A DNA stretch of 64,000 bases from Candidatus Hodarchaeota archaeon. Lineage in GTDB: Archaea; Asgardarchaeota; Lokiarchaeia; Sigyniarchaeales; SOKP01. The translations under genes were made by a program, and so were the position numbers. The stretch covers positions 96,001 to 160,000 of the forward strand of contig JBHLKM010000001.1 in the NCBI GenBank assembly GCA_048886685.1, read 5' to 3'. The notes below the pieces were generated by a model. It did not search any database. It was given only the letters and a program-made list of their open reading frames with translations, and had not been told where the DNA came from. This document shows positions 38,280 through 48,685 of this stretch, one piece after another. Every line of letters begins with the position of its first letter. Position 1 is the stretch's first letter.

Positions 38280-39245
38280 TTAATTTTTCTTTTTTAGCTT
38301 TTCCTTTAAATCCCCTATTTTAGTTGTCAATTCCGCAAAAACATTATGCGGATGAATACTTTCTTGTGATAAAATTTTAAATTTTATTTCAAAATCATCT
38401 TCAAGATTTGGAAAATCTCTTAAAATGAAATTTCTTGCCATTTCTCTTATAACATCTTCAGAAAATAGGGGTTTTAAATGAGCGCTTCTTACTAATTCAG
38501 CTTCCTCAGGTCGCTTTAACACAGATTGTATTTTTCCGCTCATAGATTCTTCTATTACATCAATTATATCTAAGACATCAATTTTATGATTTGATAAATC
38601 TTTAATTTGAACAGTAATAGTGCCAATTGACCTCTGGTTATGTGATGAAAATGGGAGAATATTAATTAACTTTTTAAGGTCATCTTCTGAGACGTTAATA
38701 TCTTTTCTCGTTTTGATGATTTCTTCAGCATATTCCTGTGACATTTCTTTTGCACATGGACATACTGTCATTCCGACAGCGCTTGCTCCAATGAAATAGG
38801 TATAATCAATTTCACCTGATGATGATCTGTTTGCTTTAACATAAGAGCTAATATCGTATGATTTTTGGATATTTCTTGTATTATTTTCTCTAACTTGTAC
38901 AACTATTCTTCCCTCTAGCTTAACTTCCGCCTTTGAAGTATAGAGATGCCGTTCTAACAGTTTTCGAACTATTCTATCACCTACTAATTCAATTGTGGGC
39001 GTTGGTTTGAAAATTACCTCATTTATAACTTCTTCTATAGTTTCAGAAGTTCTTGACATATGAATGCCTCGTTGTTGAGCAGGAAGGTCGATTAATGCTG
39101 AAATTTTTGGATAAAATGAGTACTTCTTATTCTCTTGTACAATTTCAACTTTTTTCTCTAGTTCAACAATCCCAACTTTATCTATAGCGATATCGAATGC
39201 AGATCCCGAATCTTGAAGATCCATTTTAAATTTGTAAATTTTCAC
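38280..39245 (-). CDS. mptA: GTP cyclohydrolase MptA/FolE2
   Basis: DLQD, QRGIHMSR, GMTVCPC, SHNQRS, LKRPEE, ESIHPHN. Confidence 0.92.
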   Translation of the reverse strand: MKIYKFKMDLQDSGSAFDIAIDKVGIVELEKKVEIVQENKKYSFYPKISALIDLPAQQRGIHMSRTSETIEEVINEVIFKPTPTIELVGDRIVRKLLERHLYTSKAEVKLEGRIVVQVRENNTRNIQKSYDISSYVKANRSSSGEIDYTYFIGASAVGMTVCPCAKEMSQEYAEEIIKTRKDINVSEDDLKKLINILPFSSHNQRSIGTITVQIKDLSNHKIDVLDIIDVIEESMSGKIQSVLKRPEEAELVRSAHLKPLFSEDVIREMARNFILRDFPNLEDDFEIKFKILSQESIHPHNVFAELTTKIGDLKEKLKKKN

Positions 39246-39418
39246 TCACCAATATAAAATTTTTTTTTCTCTAATTTAGAAAAAGAAGAATCGATTTTAA
39301 TAGTTAATATAAAAAAAGGTAATCATTTCAACAAAAGAATTAGATAATTTGAAATAACTTAATGTTATAGTATAATATTAAAAATAACTTCAATCATTAT
39401 ATTCAAGCGAATTTAATA

Positions 39419-40588
39419 ATGCATAAAACAGTAATTAACAGCCCATATGCGTTGATTGGGGATAATCTAAATTTAAAGAAGAATGTTTCTGTAGAAATTG
39501 ATAATGGAGGGAAAATCACTAACATATCATATGAAGATCCTGAAGAAAACATTCAACCTTTAAAAAGTAACCAATCTAAATTAATAATCCCTGGCTTAAT
39601 TAACTCTCATGTGCATATCGGTGATAGCTTTGCAAAAGAATTAGGATTTAATAAAGAATTAAGTGAGATTGTAGCACCTCCATTTGGTTTAAAACATAAA
39701 TTGCTGAGACAAACCCCAAAAGAAGTTATAATTATGGGGATCAAAAACGCAGTTTTCGAGATGCTTTCGAACGGAATTACTTGCTTTATAGATTTTAGAG
39801 AAGGGGGTGTTGAAGGCTTAAAACTTCTGAAAAAAGCCTTAGATAATACACTAATAAGTTGTTTAATCTATGGTCGATTTATGGATGAGAGTGAAATAGA
39901 ATTAATTTTTGAGTTAGGTGATGGTGTTGGATTAGCTAGTTATGACCAGATTTCGACTAAGAATAAGGAATATGTTATTAAATCTAAGCATAGTTCAAAA
40001 AAAATGATCGCTTGTCATTGTGCAGAAAAAATTCATGATTCAAATTTATTAGATGATATGTTTAGTGATAAATTAGTTGATGTAATAATCCATGGAACTA
40101 AATTGATTAGAAAAGACCTTATCAAAATTCAAAAAGAGGGAAAGTCTTTAGTTTTATGTCCTCGCTGTAATGGATATTTTGGAGTTGGATTCCCTCCTAT
40201 TACGGAAATATTACAGTTTAAAATTCCTATATCATTAGGAACGGATAATATAATGGTGAATAATTCAGATTTATTTGAAGAAATGCGTTATTTATATCGA
40301 ATCTCGAGAGTATTGGGGAGCCATGATAAAACAATACAATTGACCTCAAGAGAACTCTTAAAAATGGTTACGGTTAATGCAGCCAGAAATTTCCGAATAG
40401 AAAACGAATTTGGATCAATCTCAGAAGGTAAAAGAGCCGATTTCTTTTTAATAGATTTAAAGGGACCAAATTATTATACCAATAACTTAAGTAAAAACAA
40501 TATTTATGATATCATCGTTCAAAGAACTAAATCGGAGAACATTATAAAAACATATATAAAAGGAGATGTCGTATTTGAGAGAAAATGA
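39419..40588 (+). CDS. Amidohydrolase/deaminase family protein
   Basis: PGLINSHVHIGDS, DFREGG, H.AE, CPR.N, LGTDN. Confidence 0.85.
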   Translation: MHKTVINSPYALIGDNLNLKKNVSVEIDNGGKITNISYEDPEENIQPLKSNQSKLIIPGLINSHVHIGDSFAKELGFNKELSEIVAPPFGLKHKLLRQTPKEVIIMGIKNAVFEMLSNGITCFIDFREGGVEGLKLLKKALDNTLISCLIYGRFMDESEIELIFELGDGVGLASYDQISTKNKEYVIKSKHSSKKMIACHCAEKIHDSNLLDDMFSDKLVDVIIHGTKLIRKDLIKIQKEGKSLVLCPRCNGYFGVGFPPITEILQFKIPISLGTDNIMVNNSDLFEEMRYLYRISRVLGSHDKTIQLTSRELLKMVTVNAARNFRIENEFGSISEGKRADFFLIDLKGPNYYTNNLSKNNIYDIIVQRTKSENIIKTYIKGDVVFERK

Positions 40589-41240
40589 AAAACCGTATAT
40601 TATATTAAACGCAGCTATGACGATAGATGGAAAAATTGCATCAAAATCGGGTGATCCTGAACTCTCAGATGAGGAAGATTGGAAGGAGGTTCATAAACTT
40701 CGGACTCAAGTTGATGCTATTATGGTCGGAAAGGGCACAATTTTAAAAGATAACCCAAAGCTGCATATTAAATTTTATGACCATACAGGATACTACAGAA
40801 TTGTCGTAGATAGTAATCTTACCATTCCAATTGAATCCAATGTCATTTCTTTTGAACCAGAAATATATCCTACTATTATATGTACAACAGAAAATACATC
40901 ACCTAAAAAAGTAAGGAAATATGAAGAAAAAAAAGTTAAAGTCATCCAATCGGGAAAAGGAGAACAAGTAGATTTGAGAAAACTCATGCCACTTCTAAAG
41001 GAATTTGGAATTAATACTATTTTACTAGAAGGAGGGGGAAATTTAAACTGGAGTTTTATTAAAAATGATTTGATTGATGAAATCAGGTTGACTGTGGCAC
41101 CGTGGATTGTTGGTGGGAAAGAAGCAACTAGCCTGGTGGAAGGAATAGGTTTTAATACAATGAAGGAAGCAAAAAGATTTGATTTAATTGAAGTGAGAAA
41201 GAGAAATAATTATATTAATTTATTTTATAGAAAGAATTAG
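40566..41240 (+). CDS. arfC: 2,5-diamino-6-ribosylamino-4(3H)-pyrimidinone 5'-phosphate reductase (archaeal RibD-C)
   Basis: AAMTIDGKI, VHKLR..DAIMVG.GT..DNP, EGGG.LN. Confidence 0.88.
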   Translation: MSYLRENEKPYIILNAAMTIDGKIASKSGDPELSDEEDWKEVHKLRTQVDAIMVGKGTILKDNPKLHIKFYDHTGYYRIVVDSNLTIPIESNVISFEPEIYPTIICTTENTSPKKVRKYEEKKVKVIQSGKGEQVDLRKLMPLLKEFGINTILLEGGGNLNWSFIKNDLIDEIRLTVAPWIVGGKEATSLVEGIGFNTMKEAKRFDLIEVRKRNNYINLFYRKN

Positions 41241-42361
41241 TGATGAGTCAAGAAGATATAAGAATTTTTAAAAATTTTACTCTAAGAAAATTAAGAGAAA
41301 AGGTTGGGGATATAAAATCTCAATTACCAGAAGATAATCGAAATCTAATTACATATTCAAAAAATTTCACATTGTCACTCTCAAATTATTGTCAAAATTT
41401 CTGTGGTTATTGTTTTTACAACTATCGAATTCCTAAAATTGGGAAAGGAAATGTTGTATTACTTGGAAGCGAGCAGATAAAAGAGTTAATTCAGATGAGC
41501 CTTCTTTATAAATGTAAAGAAGCCTTAATTATGTCAGGTGAAAAAGCAGATGAATTTAGAGAAGTTAAAGATGAATTAAAAAAGAGGGATTTTGATAATT
41601 TTATTGAATTTGTTACAGACATTTCTATTTATTTACTAGAATTTAACCTATTACCCCATACAAATATTGGAATCCTTAATTTTGACGAGTTAAAACACCT
41701 AAAGAATTATAACGCCAGTATGGGTCTAATGCTTGAGAGTACTAGTTTGAAATTATTCGAGAAAGGTGGTGTTCATGAGAGATCACCAGGGAAAATCCCT
41801 GAACTCCGAATACAACATATAAATAATGCAGGCAAATTAAAGATACCTTTTACTACGGGGTTACTTTTAGGAATTGGGGAGTCTTTAGATGATAGAATAA
41901 AAGATTTGTATTTAATTAAAGAAATCCACGACTCTTATGGCCACATTCAAGAGGTGATTATTCAGAATTTTATTGAAAAACCAGGAATTCCATATAACCC
42001 AAAAAAAGCAATTAAAATTGAAGATATTTTAAGAGTTGTTGGTATTGCGAAAATTATATTTAAAAATGAAATTGCTATTCAAGTTCCACCAAATCTAATA
42101 TCTGGATATGAAAAAGAATTTATTGAAATGGGGATAGATGATTTTGGTGGAATTTCACCAATTACTTTTGATTATATTAATCCAGAAAACCAATGGCCTC
42201 AAATTAATGAAATAAAGAATATTTGCGAGTCTAACGGTTATTTACTCAAAGAAAGGCTCCCAATTTATGATAAATATATTAAAAAAAAAGGTTTTTGCTC
42301 GGAAAATATTAAAAAAACTATAGATAATATAAATATTAATGATGGCTTCTCAGATGTTTAA
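41240..42361 (+). CDS. cofG: FO synthase subunit CofG
   Basis: ITYSKN, CxxxCxxC, LLPHTN.G, ASMGLMLE, PFTTG.L.GIGE, GHIQEVIIQNF, QVPPNL. Confidence 0.92.
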   Translation: MMSQEDIRIFKNFTLRKLREKVGDIKSQLPEDNRNLITYSKNFTLSLSNYCQNFCGYCFYNYRIPKIGKGNVVLLGSEQIKELIQMSLLYKCKEALIMSGEKADEFREVKDELKKRDFDNFIEFVTDISIYLLEFNLLPHTNIGILNFDELKHLKNYNASMGLMLESTSLKLFEKGGVHERSPGKIPELRIQHINNAGKLKIPFTTGLLLGIGESLDDRIKDLYLIKEIHDSYGHIQEVIIQNFIEKPGIPYNPKKAIKIEDILRVVGIAKIIFKNEIAIQVPPNLISGYEKEFIEMGIDDFGGISPITFDYINPENQWPQINEIKNICESNGYLLKERLPIYDKYIKKKGFCSENIKKTIDNININDGFSDV

Positions 42362-43469
42362 TGAGATAAAACGAGAAATAAAGGTAATTCTAGAGAAAGC
42401 ATTAAATAACACTGAAATTTCCTCTGAAGAAGCATTAAAACTATTAAATGTTCATGGGAAAGAATTTTTCGCATTACAATATACAGCAAATGAAATTTGT
42501 TTTAAAAAAAAAGAAGATATAGTAACGTTTGTTGTTAATCGAAATATTAATTTTACAAATGTATGCTTTCAAGGGTGCAAATTCTGCTCATTTAGTTTAC
42601 CAGCTAATCATGAAGATGCTTTCTTACTTACTTTAGGTGAGATTAGAGATCGAGTTATTGAAGCTAAAAAATCAAATTGTTCAGAAGTTTGCATACAGGG
42701 GGGAATAAATCCTGATTTAAAGTTTGACTTCTATTTAGATATTCTCAAGGTGGTAAAAGAAGTTGATAAAGATATGCATACTCATGCTTTTTCTCCACAA
42801 GAAATTTTCTTTATGTCAAAATTATATGGGACTTCAGTAGAGAACACTTTAAAGGAACTAAAAATGGCAGGATTAGATTCGATTCCTGGAACTGCGGCAG
42901 AAATTTTAGTTGATCATGTTCGCAAAGTTATTTGCCCCAACAAAGTTTCCACTCAACAATGGATTGATATCATCACTACGGCACATAATTTAGGTATTCC
43001 AACAACATCAACAATTATGTATGGGCACATTGAAGCTGATAAAGACAGAATTGAACACTTAAATGTTTTGAGAGAAATTCAGAAAGAAACAAAAGGCTTC
43101 ACAGAATTAGTACCTTTACCCTTTGTAAAAGAAAATCCTATTTTATCGAGGCTAGAAGCACATCCTTTGAAACCTAGTTATGGGATGGCAGATTTGAAAT
43201 TATTTTGCGTATCACGATTATTTTTAAATAATCATATAGACAATTTACAATGTTCTTGGCCAAAATTAGGTCCAAAATTTGCTCAAGTCTCTTTAAATTA
43301 CGGGGTAAACGATTTTGGTGGAACTTTGATTGAAGAAAATATATCTAAAAGTGCAGGAGCCGAATACGGTGAATATCTTCCTGCAGAAGAGATTATTAAA
43401 ATTATTCAAAATGCAGGAAAGCACCCTGCACGAAGAGATACCTTGTATAATATCATGAAATATTATTAG
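42339..43469 (+). CDS. cofH: FO synthase subunit CofH
   Basis: VTFVVNRNINFTNVC..CKFC, QGG..P, HAFSPQE, PGTAAEIL, TIMYGH, NDFGGTL.EE. Confidence 0.92.
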   Translation: MMASQMFNEIKREIKVILEKALNNTEISSEEALKLLNVHGKEFFALQYTANEICFKKKEDIVTFVVNRNINFTNVCFQGCKFCSFSLPANHEDAFLLTLGEIRDRVIEAKKSNCSEVCIQGGINPDLKFDFYLDILKVVKEVDKDMHTHAFSPQEIFFMSKLYGTSVENTLKELKMAGLDSIPGTAAEILVDHVRKVICPNKVSTQQWIDIITTAHNLGIPTTSTIMYGHIEADKDRIEHLNVLREIQKETKGFTELVPLPFVKENPILSRLEAHPLKPSYGMADLKLFCVSRLFLNNHIDNLQCSWPKLGPKFAQVSLNYGVNDFGGTLIEENISKSAGAEYGEYLPAEEIIKIIQNAGKHPARRDTLYNIMKYY

Positions 43470-43472
43470 GCA

Positions 43473-45329
43473 TTACTGAGTTTGTAAATAATCTAAAATA
43501 TAGCGTTGTGCAATCAGATCTGTATTAACCATGCCTAATACTTTTCCTTTTATTACTACTGGCATCGCAGAAATCTGATATTGCTCTAGTTCTCGAACAA
43601 TATCTACAATAGAAAAATCAGGAGATGCCGTAATAACATTCTTCGTCATAATTTTCTCAAGAATAACGTCACATTTATTAGATGCAACTGCTGCAGTTAT
43701 ATCCCAATCTGTCACAACTCCTACGAGTTTATCCTCGGAAAGGACTGCTATTATTCCACTGTTTTCTTGTATCATTAATTCAGCAGCTTCTTGGATACTG
43801 CTATCTACATTAATAGTTGGTATTGATATCATAATATCTTTTGCAGTACGTTCGCTTTCCTTTGCATTTAAACGTTGGAGACTAATACGTTCGGCTGCTG
43901 TGCTAGGAAGCATATCTGGATTTGCAGCTAACAAATCCACTAATTCAATCATATTATGATGAACTACATCTTCTCTATATTCTTCTCCCGCTAATAAACG
44001 ATGTTTTGAAAGTTCAGCAAAATTTTCTGAATGATCCTTCAGCCATTTTTCTACGGCATCAGGATTCCCTAACATTTCTTCAGGTATTTGTAATTGGTCA
44101 GGTGATTTGATGAGATGTTCTTGAGCTGCAAAAATAACACCCCCAGAATTAACTAAATAATCGTTAGCAATCATGACTCCCTTTTCTCTATACACTATTT
44201 GTTCCATTCTTGTTCGTGCTGCCTTTCTATTAGGATCTGGGCTATAAGTATTAGCGCCTTCTATTATCAATGACCATTTACCCATTCGATCAACAACCAT
44301 CGAAGGAGATTCAGAGGCACGAACTCCTAAATAATTAAAAATTGGTGCTGCAGGGATTAAACAAAAGGCATTTTCAAGAAGTAAATTATTTGCATTTGTT
44401 GAAAACTTAGTAGGATGTTTGTATCCCTCCGAAATTATTTCTTCTTTGAAAAAATTACTGGTTACTATGCTTTTTTCTTCCCATAATTTAAAAAGACTTC
44501 CAACCGGTAATCCAGATGCATTATACAAATAACCTTCTAAATCACTTATACCTATTACTTTTGCAGCAGGAATTCTTTCGTTTAATATCCGAGCAGCATG
44601 AGCCCCTACTGCTCCAAAACCTTGAATCAAAAGTTTTAGATCTTCAGCATCTGGAATTTCAAGATTAGCAAACTGAGGTAAGACTCTTAATCGGGGCATT
44701 ATTTCTAGTAATGTTTGAAGTGCAATTACAACACCACCAGCAGCAGCTCCTAATTCATCTATGCGATTTCCTCCCATTTCAACAGGTTTAGAGAGAGCAT
44801 TATCCAATCCATTTTCTATGGCAATAGTCTTCATATCTGCATCATTGGTACCCACATCAGGTCCAGGTAGATAGATATCTATATAACGACGAATTAATCG
44901 TGCAAAACCGCGTATTACTTGATTATGATCCTTTGGAGAGAGATCAATATCAGTAACTATCCCCGATTTCCCACCACCATAAGGTAAATTTGCGGCAGCA
45001 TTTTTTAAAGTCATACCCCGAGCTAAATTATGTATATCAGAAGGGTTTATATCAGGAAGCATTCTTATACCCCCCATACTTGGTTTTCCCATACTCAAAT
45101 TATCTACTATCAAATATCCACCAATTTCTAGAGGTGAATCTTCATCCCAAATACAAGAAACAATATATGGGCCTAATTTATCGGCAACTATTCCAAGTCG
45201 AGATAAAAGATGCTCATCTACGTTGCTGAATTCTAAATAACATTTCCCATTATCCTTTTTAAGCCTTGTTTTAAGAGTAGCTTCTGGTAACCTTTCTTTA
45301 AGAAATAAGTCCATTTTCTTTGGAATCAT
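43473..45329 (-). CDS. Glu/Leu/Phe/Val dehydrogenase fused to a C-terminal CBS pair
   Basis: GGIRM, MTLK, GGGKSG, PGPDVGT, QGFGAVG, EGAN, NSGGV; CBS repeats AKDIM...GVVTDWD. Confidence 0.88.
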   Translation of the reverse strand: MIPKKMDLFLKERLPEATLKTRLKKDNGKCYLEFSNVDEHLLSRLGIVADKLGPYIVSCIWDEDSPLEIGGYLIVDNLSMGKPSMGGIRMLPDINPSDIHNLARGMTLKNAAANLPYGGGKSGIVTDIDLSPKDHNQVIRGFARLIRRYIDIYLPGPDVGTNDADMKTIAIENGLDNALSKPVEMGGNRIDELGAAAGGVVIALQTLLEIMPRLRVLPQFANLEIPDAEDLKLLIQGFGAVGAHAARILNERIPAAKVIGISDLEGYLYNASGLPVGSLFKLWEEKSIVTSNFFKEEIISEGYKHPTKFSTNANNLLLENAFCLIPAAPIFNYLGVRASESPSMVVDRMGKWSLIIEGANTYSPDPNRKAARTRMEQIVYREKGVMIANDYLVNSGGVIFAAQEHLIKSPDQLQIPEEMLGNPDAVEKWLKDHSENFAELSKHRLLAGEEYREDVVHHNMIELVDLLAANPDMLPSTAAERISLQRLNAKESERTAKDIMISIPTINVDSSIQEAAELMIQENSGIIAVLSEDKLVGVVTDWDITAAVASNKCDVILEKIMTKNVITASPDFSIVDIVRELEQYQISAMPVVIKGKVLGMVNTDLIAQRYILDYLQTQ

Positions 45330-45489
45330 AATTTCCTAGCCTTTAAGATATTTTAATTAGATAAACAATTAGAATATTTATCTTAGCATTTTTTTTTAAG
45401 AATTCATTATTAATTATATTTTCACTTTTCTTATGTTCATTTAGTAATTTTTATTAAAATCAAAACATTTTACCACTAAGAATTAACTA

Positions 45490-45792
45490 TTGGTGGTTAT
45501 TATCCCTATAAGTTTAATTGCAACAGTAAAAGTAAGAGAAGGAAATATGGAGAAAGCTAAAGAAGTTCTAAAGAAGTTAGTTCCTAAGATAAAAGAATCT
45601 GAGCCTGGAACATTAGAATATATTCCACACACAGTGAGACAGGATCCAAATATTATAATATTTTATGAGAAATATGCTGATGAGGAAGCACTGAAGACGC
45701 ACAGTGCTAATTTAGGTAAAAATATGGCGGAACTTGGCCCTTTATTAGTTCCTGAAAGACCAGATATAAAAAATCTCAAAGAAATTCTCTAA
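45490..45792 (+). CDS. Antibiotic biosynthesis monooxygenase (ABM) family protein
   Basis: EPGTLEY, FYEKY...A...H. Confidence 0.85.
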   Translation: MVVIIPISLIATVKVREGNMEKAKEVLKKLVPKIKESEPGTLEYIPHTVRQDPNIIIFYEKYADEEALKTHSANLGKNMAELGPLLVPERPDIKNLKEIL

Positions 45793-45813
45793 CTCATATC
45801 TCTTTTTTTTTAT

Positions 45814-47385
45814 TTATTCATCCTGGATATATGGTTTTCCAAGGGATAAACAAATTTCGGCTTTTTTTAGTTCTCGTCCTAAATAAGTTAGATGATATAT
45901 ATCAGCAGTTAAATTACAATTAATAACTGTCTTATTAATAGTTTCAGCATTGTCTCCAATAATAGTCTCAAGTAACTCGTCTTCATTTGAATAAAAAAGG
46001 ACATAAATTTTTTTAGTATAACTATTTGTATAAATTCTAAAATAACCCCTATCGTCTGGAGAGTATTCAGGTATTAATTGCTCCATCAGAATTGATTTTG
46101 AAATGTCAATTTTAGGCATTTTTTGACTAGTCTTTCCTTTCGCTTTAAAAACTGAAATACCTTGATTTATGGGGGGAGTCTTTTTATGATTTGCTACATA
46201 GTTTAACTTGACACTTTCTTTCAATTCTCTAACGCCTCCTATTAATTTTGTACTATGTTCAACAGTAAAGAGGATCCCTATATCTAATTCAATTGCTATA
46301 CTTGCTAAAAGACCATTAATCCCTACAGAATCAATATCCATTAACTCAACTACATTTGAAACTCCAAAAAAAAGTGGAACTTCGAGTTTTTCATATTTTT
46401 CTTGTTTAATTTGCTTTTTATAAAGAAAATAGGTGTTCAATGAATTAGAAATACCTGGGTGAATAGGAGTTTCTAACAACGGATCAGCAATTAATTTCTT
46501 GAATCCATTATCTTGTAGAAGCTTTGTTAGTTTCAATAAATTTTTTACACGAATTTCTGGTTCTTTAGGAAAATAAGCTTTTTTTAAGTTAGTGGGAAGT
46601 ATAACAACTGGAATGTCCTTAGGAATATTTATAAATTCTTTATAGGTCCCCAAATCTAAACTTAAAATGAGATCAATATCCTTATCGATAGCCGTGTTGA
46701 TCTCTTTACTATCCATTGAGTCAATACTTAAGAGAACATCATATTTTGTTCTAATAAGATTGATTATATCTCTTACTCTTTCTGGATTGGGCTTATTCGA
46801 AACGCACCCGATGTCTATGATATCTGCTCCAGATTCGATATAGTATCCAACTTTTTTGAGTATGTTTTCATCATCTTTCGTCGTGCAATTAACTATTTCA
46901 GCAATAATAGGAGGGGGTAAATTTTTACCAATTATTAGATCTGATTTGTTCTTTCTAATGTAAAAAGTGTGATTTCCAATCTCATTTTTGCTTAACTCTA
47001 ATTGCTTCTTAACAGCTTCATGATATTCATTTTCACCCGATATTTCTAATAACCTATTTGCAGGTATACTATTAGAGAGATCTACTTTATCCAAATTATT
47101 TAAGCTTATAGGTAAATCAGAGGCAAATTCAGGTCCTTTTCTAATTTTAACTGAAAAACGTTTTTCTAAATTACCTGAATCCCATTGTATGAATCCAGGT
47201 AATAAAATCATATTGAAATTTGAAATTTCGGTACTTTCTAATATTTCGGAGGTAATAGTTTCAGTTAAAAAAGCAGATATCGTTACTGGTGCTTTTACAA
47301 TAGTGATATCATGTTCTTCTATAGTATTAACAATATTTTCTATTATTTCATAACTATTTTGACCAGTGATTATTAAAATTTTAAT
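45814..47385 (-). CDS. Dihydropteroate synthase-like protein (MJ0107 type, with C-terminal DUF4346-like domain), probable ATT start
   Basis: KILIITG N-terminus 58 codons upstream of the track ATG; GADIIDIG, SIDS, IADPLL, N.VELMD.DS.G.N, H..YLGREL.KAE. Confidence 0.88.
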   Translation of the reverse strand: MKILIITGQNSYEIIENIVNTIEEHDITIVKAPVTISAFLTETITSEILESTEISNFNMILLPGFIQWDSGNLEKRFSVKIRKGPEFASDLPISLNNLDKVDLSNSIPANRLLEISGENEYHEAVKKQLELSKNEIGNHTFYIRKNKSDLIIGKNLPPPIIAEIVNCTTKDDENILKKVGYYIESGADIIDIGCVSNKPNPERVRDIINLIRTKYDVLLSIDSMDSKEINTAIDKDIDLILSLDLGTYKEFINIPKDIPVVILPTNLKKAYFPKEPEIRVKNLLKLTKLLQDNGFKKLIADPLLETPIHPGISNSLNTYFLYKKQIKQEKYEKLEVPLFFGVSNVVELMDIDSVGINGLLASIAIELDIGILFTVEHSTKLIGGVRELKESVKLNYVANHKKTPPINQGISVFKAKGKTSQKMPKIDISKSILMEQLIPEYSPDDRGYFRIYTNSYTKKIYVLFYSNEDELLETIIGDNAETINKTVINCNLTADIYHLTYLGRELKKAEICLSLGKPYIQDE

Positions 47386-48472
47386 CTAGATCACGTATCC
47401 ACTTTTCTTTTTCAAATGGGATAAATATATCATCCAAAATTGAACCTGAAGCTTGCTTTATTTTTAAATTATCAATTACTGGTTCAAGTTCACCACCTGA
47501 TATTCCATTGGCAATAAAAGCAGCACCTTGAGCAGCACGTTTTGCTATTTGACTGTATGATCTCATTATTCTTACAGGAGCGACATCGTTTAATCCATGA
47601 ATCATTTTTTCTTTTAAATAAGATAAGTTTGCCCCTCTCCCCGCCAATAATACTTCATTAATTTTTTCTTTTTTTGAGAATGATGAGGAAATGCCAAAGA
47701 CAGCTTTTTTCACACTTGAGATATAGGCTTTAAGAGCTGTTTTAGTCTGCTCATCTTTTTCAGCTAAGAGTGCAATTTCCTTTAAACTCAAATTAGAATA
47801 GCCAGCAATAAAAGATACTCCACCTTTATAAATATTATTCTTATTAATATGTTTAATTAAATAAGCTAATTCACCATCAAGTGAACCACAAGCTCTAAAA
47901 CCCATTATATTACTTCCTCCAATGCCATCTATAATTTGACCATTTTCTATTGCAAGTACAGCAGTAAATCCATACCCAATTTCAACCATGATGAAGTTAG
48001 TATTTTCTGGAGCAATTTCAAATCGTTCCATTTGATCTTTGATTCCTGTTACTGCTGTACATATTTTATCTGCAGTACCCATATCAATCTTATTAATTTT
48101 ACGATATTTAGGAACGGTGGGGAGATGTTTAACCCCAGGAACAATGATTCCGGGCACTCTTTGGGCTTTTATTAAACGTAAAACCTCTCCAAGACCCAAA
48201 AGCTTATTTTTTTCTTTCTGTTCAAATTTTAATAATGTGAAAAAGATATCTTGCTCGGTTAATTCATGAACATTTTTTAATGGAAGTCCAAAACCACTTG
48301 GGGCGACCATCATATTTAAATTTTCGACAGAATCAATAATTGTCATTACTTTTTGAGGATCACTAATTACATCTTTCGTAGGCAATGAAGTATCCAGAAT
48401 AATCTCATTATCCTCCAAACCGAAAAAATCCCAACTCTTCGAACCAGGGTCTATCCCAAGAACTCTAAGCAA
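47381..48472 (-). CDS. DUF1464 family protein (ASKHA fold)
   Basis: GIDPGS, APSG.G, PTVP..RK.NKIDMGTADK, IIDG.GG, D.E.AY, AA.GAA.IA.G. Confidence 0.8.
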   Translation of the reverse strand: MLRVLGIDPGSKSWDFFGLEDNEIILDTSLPTKDVISDPQKVMTIIDSVENLNMMVAPSGFGLPLKNVHELTEQDIFFTLLKFEQKEKNKLLGLGEVLRLIKAQRVPGIIVPGVKHLPTVPKYRKINKIDMGTADKICTAVTGIKDQMERFEIAPENTNFIMVEIGYGFTAVLAIENGQIIDGIGGSNIMGFRACGSLDGELAYLIKHINKNNIYKGGVSFIAGYSNLSLKEIALLAEKDEQTKTALKAYISSVKKAVFGISSSFSKKEKINEVLLAGRGANLSYLKEKMIHGLNDVAPVRIMRSYSQIAKRAAQGAAFIANGISGGELEPVIDNLKIKQASGSILDDIFIPFEKEKWIRDLD

Positions 48473-48685
48473 TGATGATCAGACTAAAATTATAAGTATA
48501 ATTTAAGAAGTCAATATTTCTTCTTATATTCTTTTTTTTTATTAATTGCATTTAAGGTGGAGTCATTTTAAATATTTATAATGAATCATATCTAATTTTA
48601 GGAATTAAGTTAAAAATATAAAAACTGTAAAATTTTTAATTATTAAGTCAACTTTTAAAAAATATAAAACAAGGGGTGAATAGAG

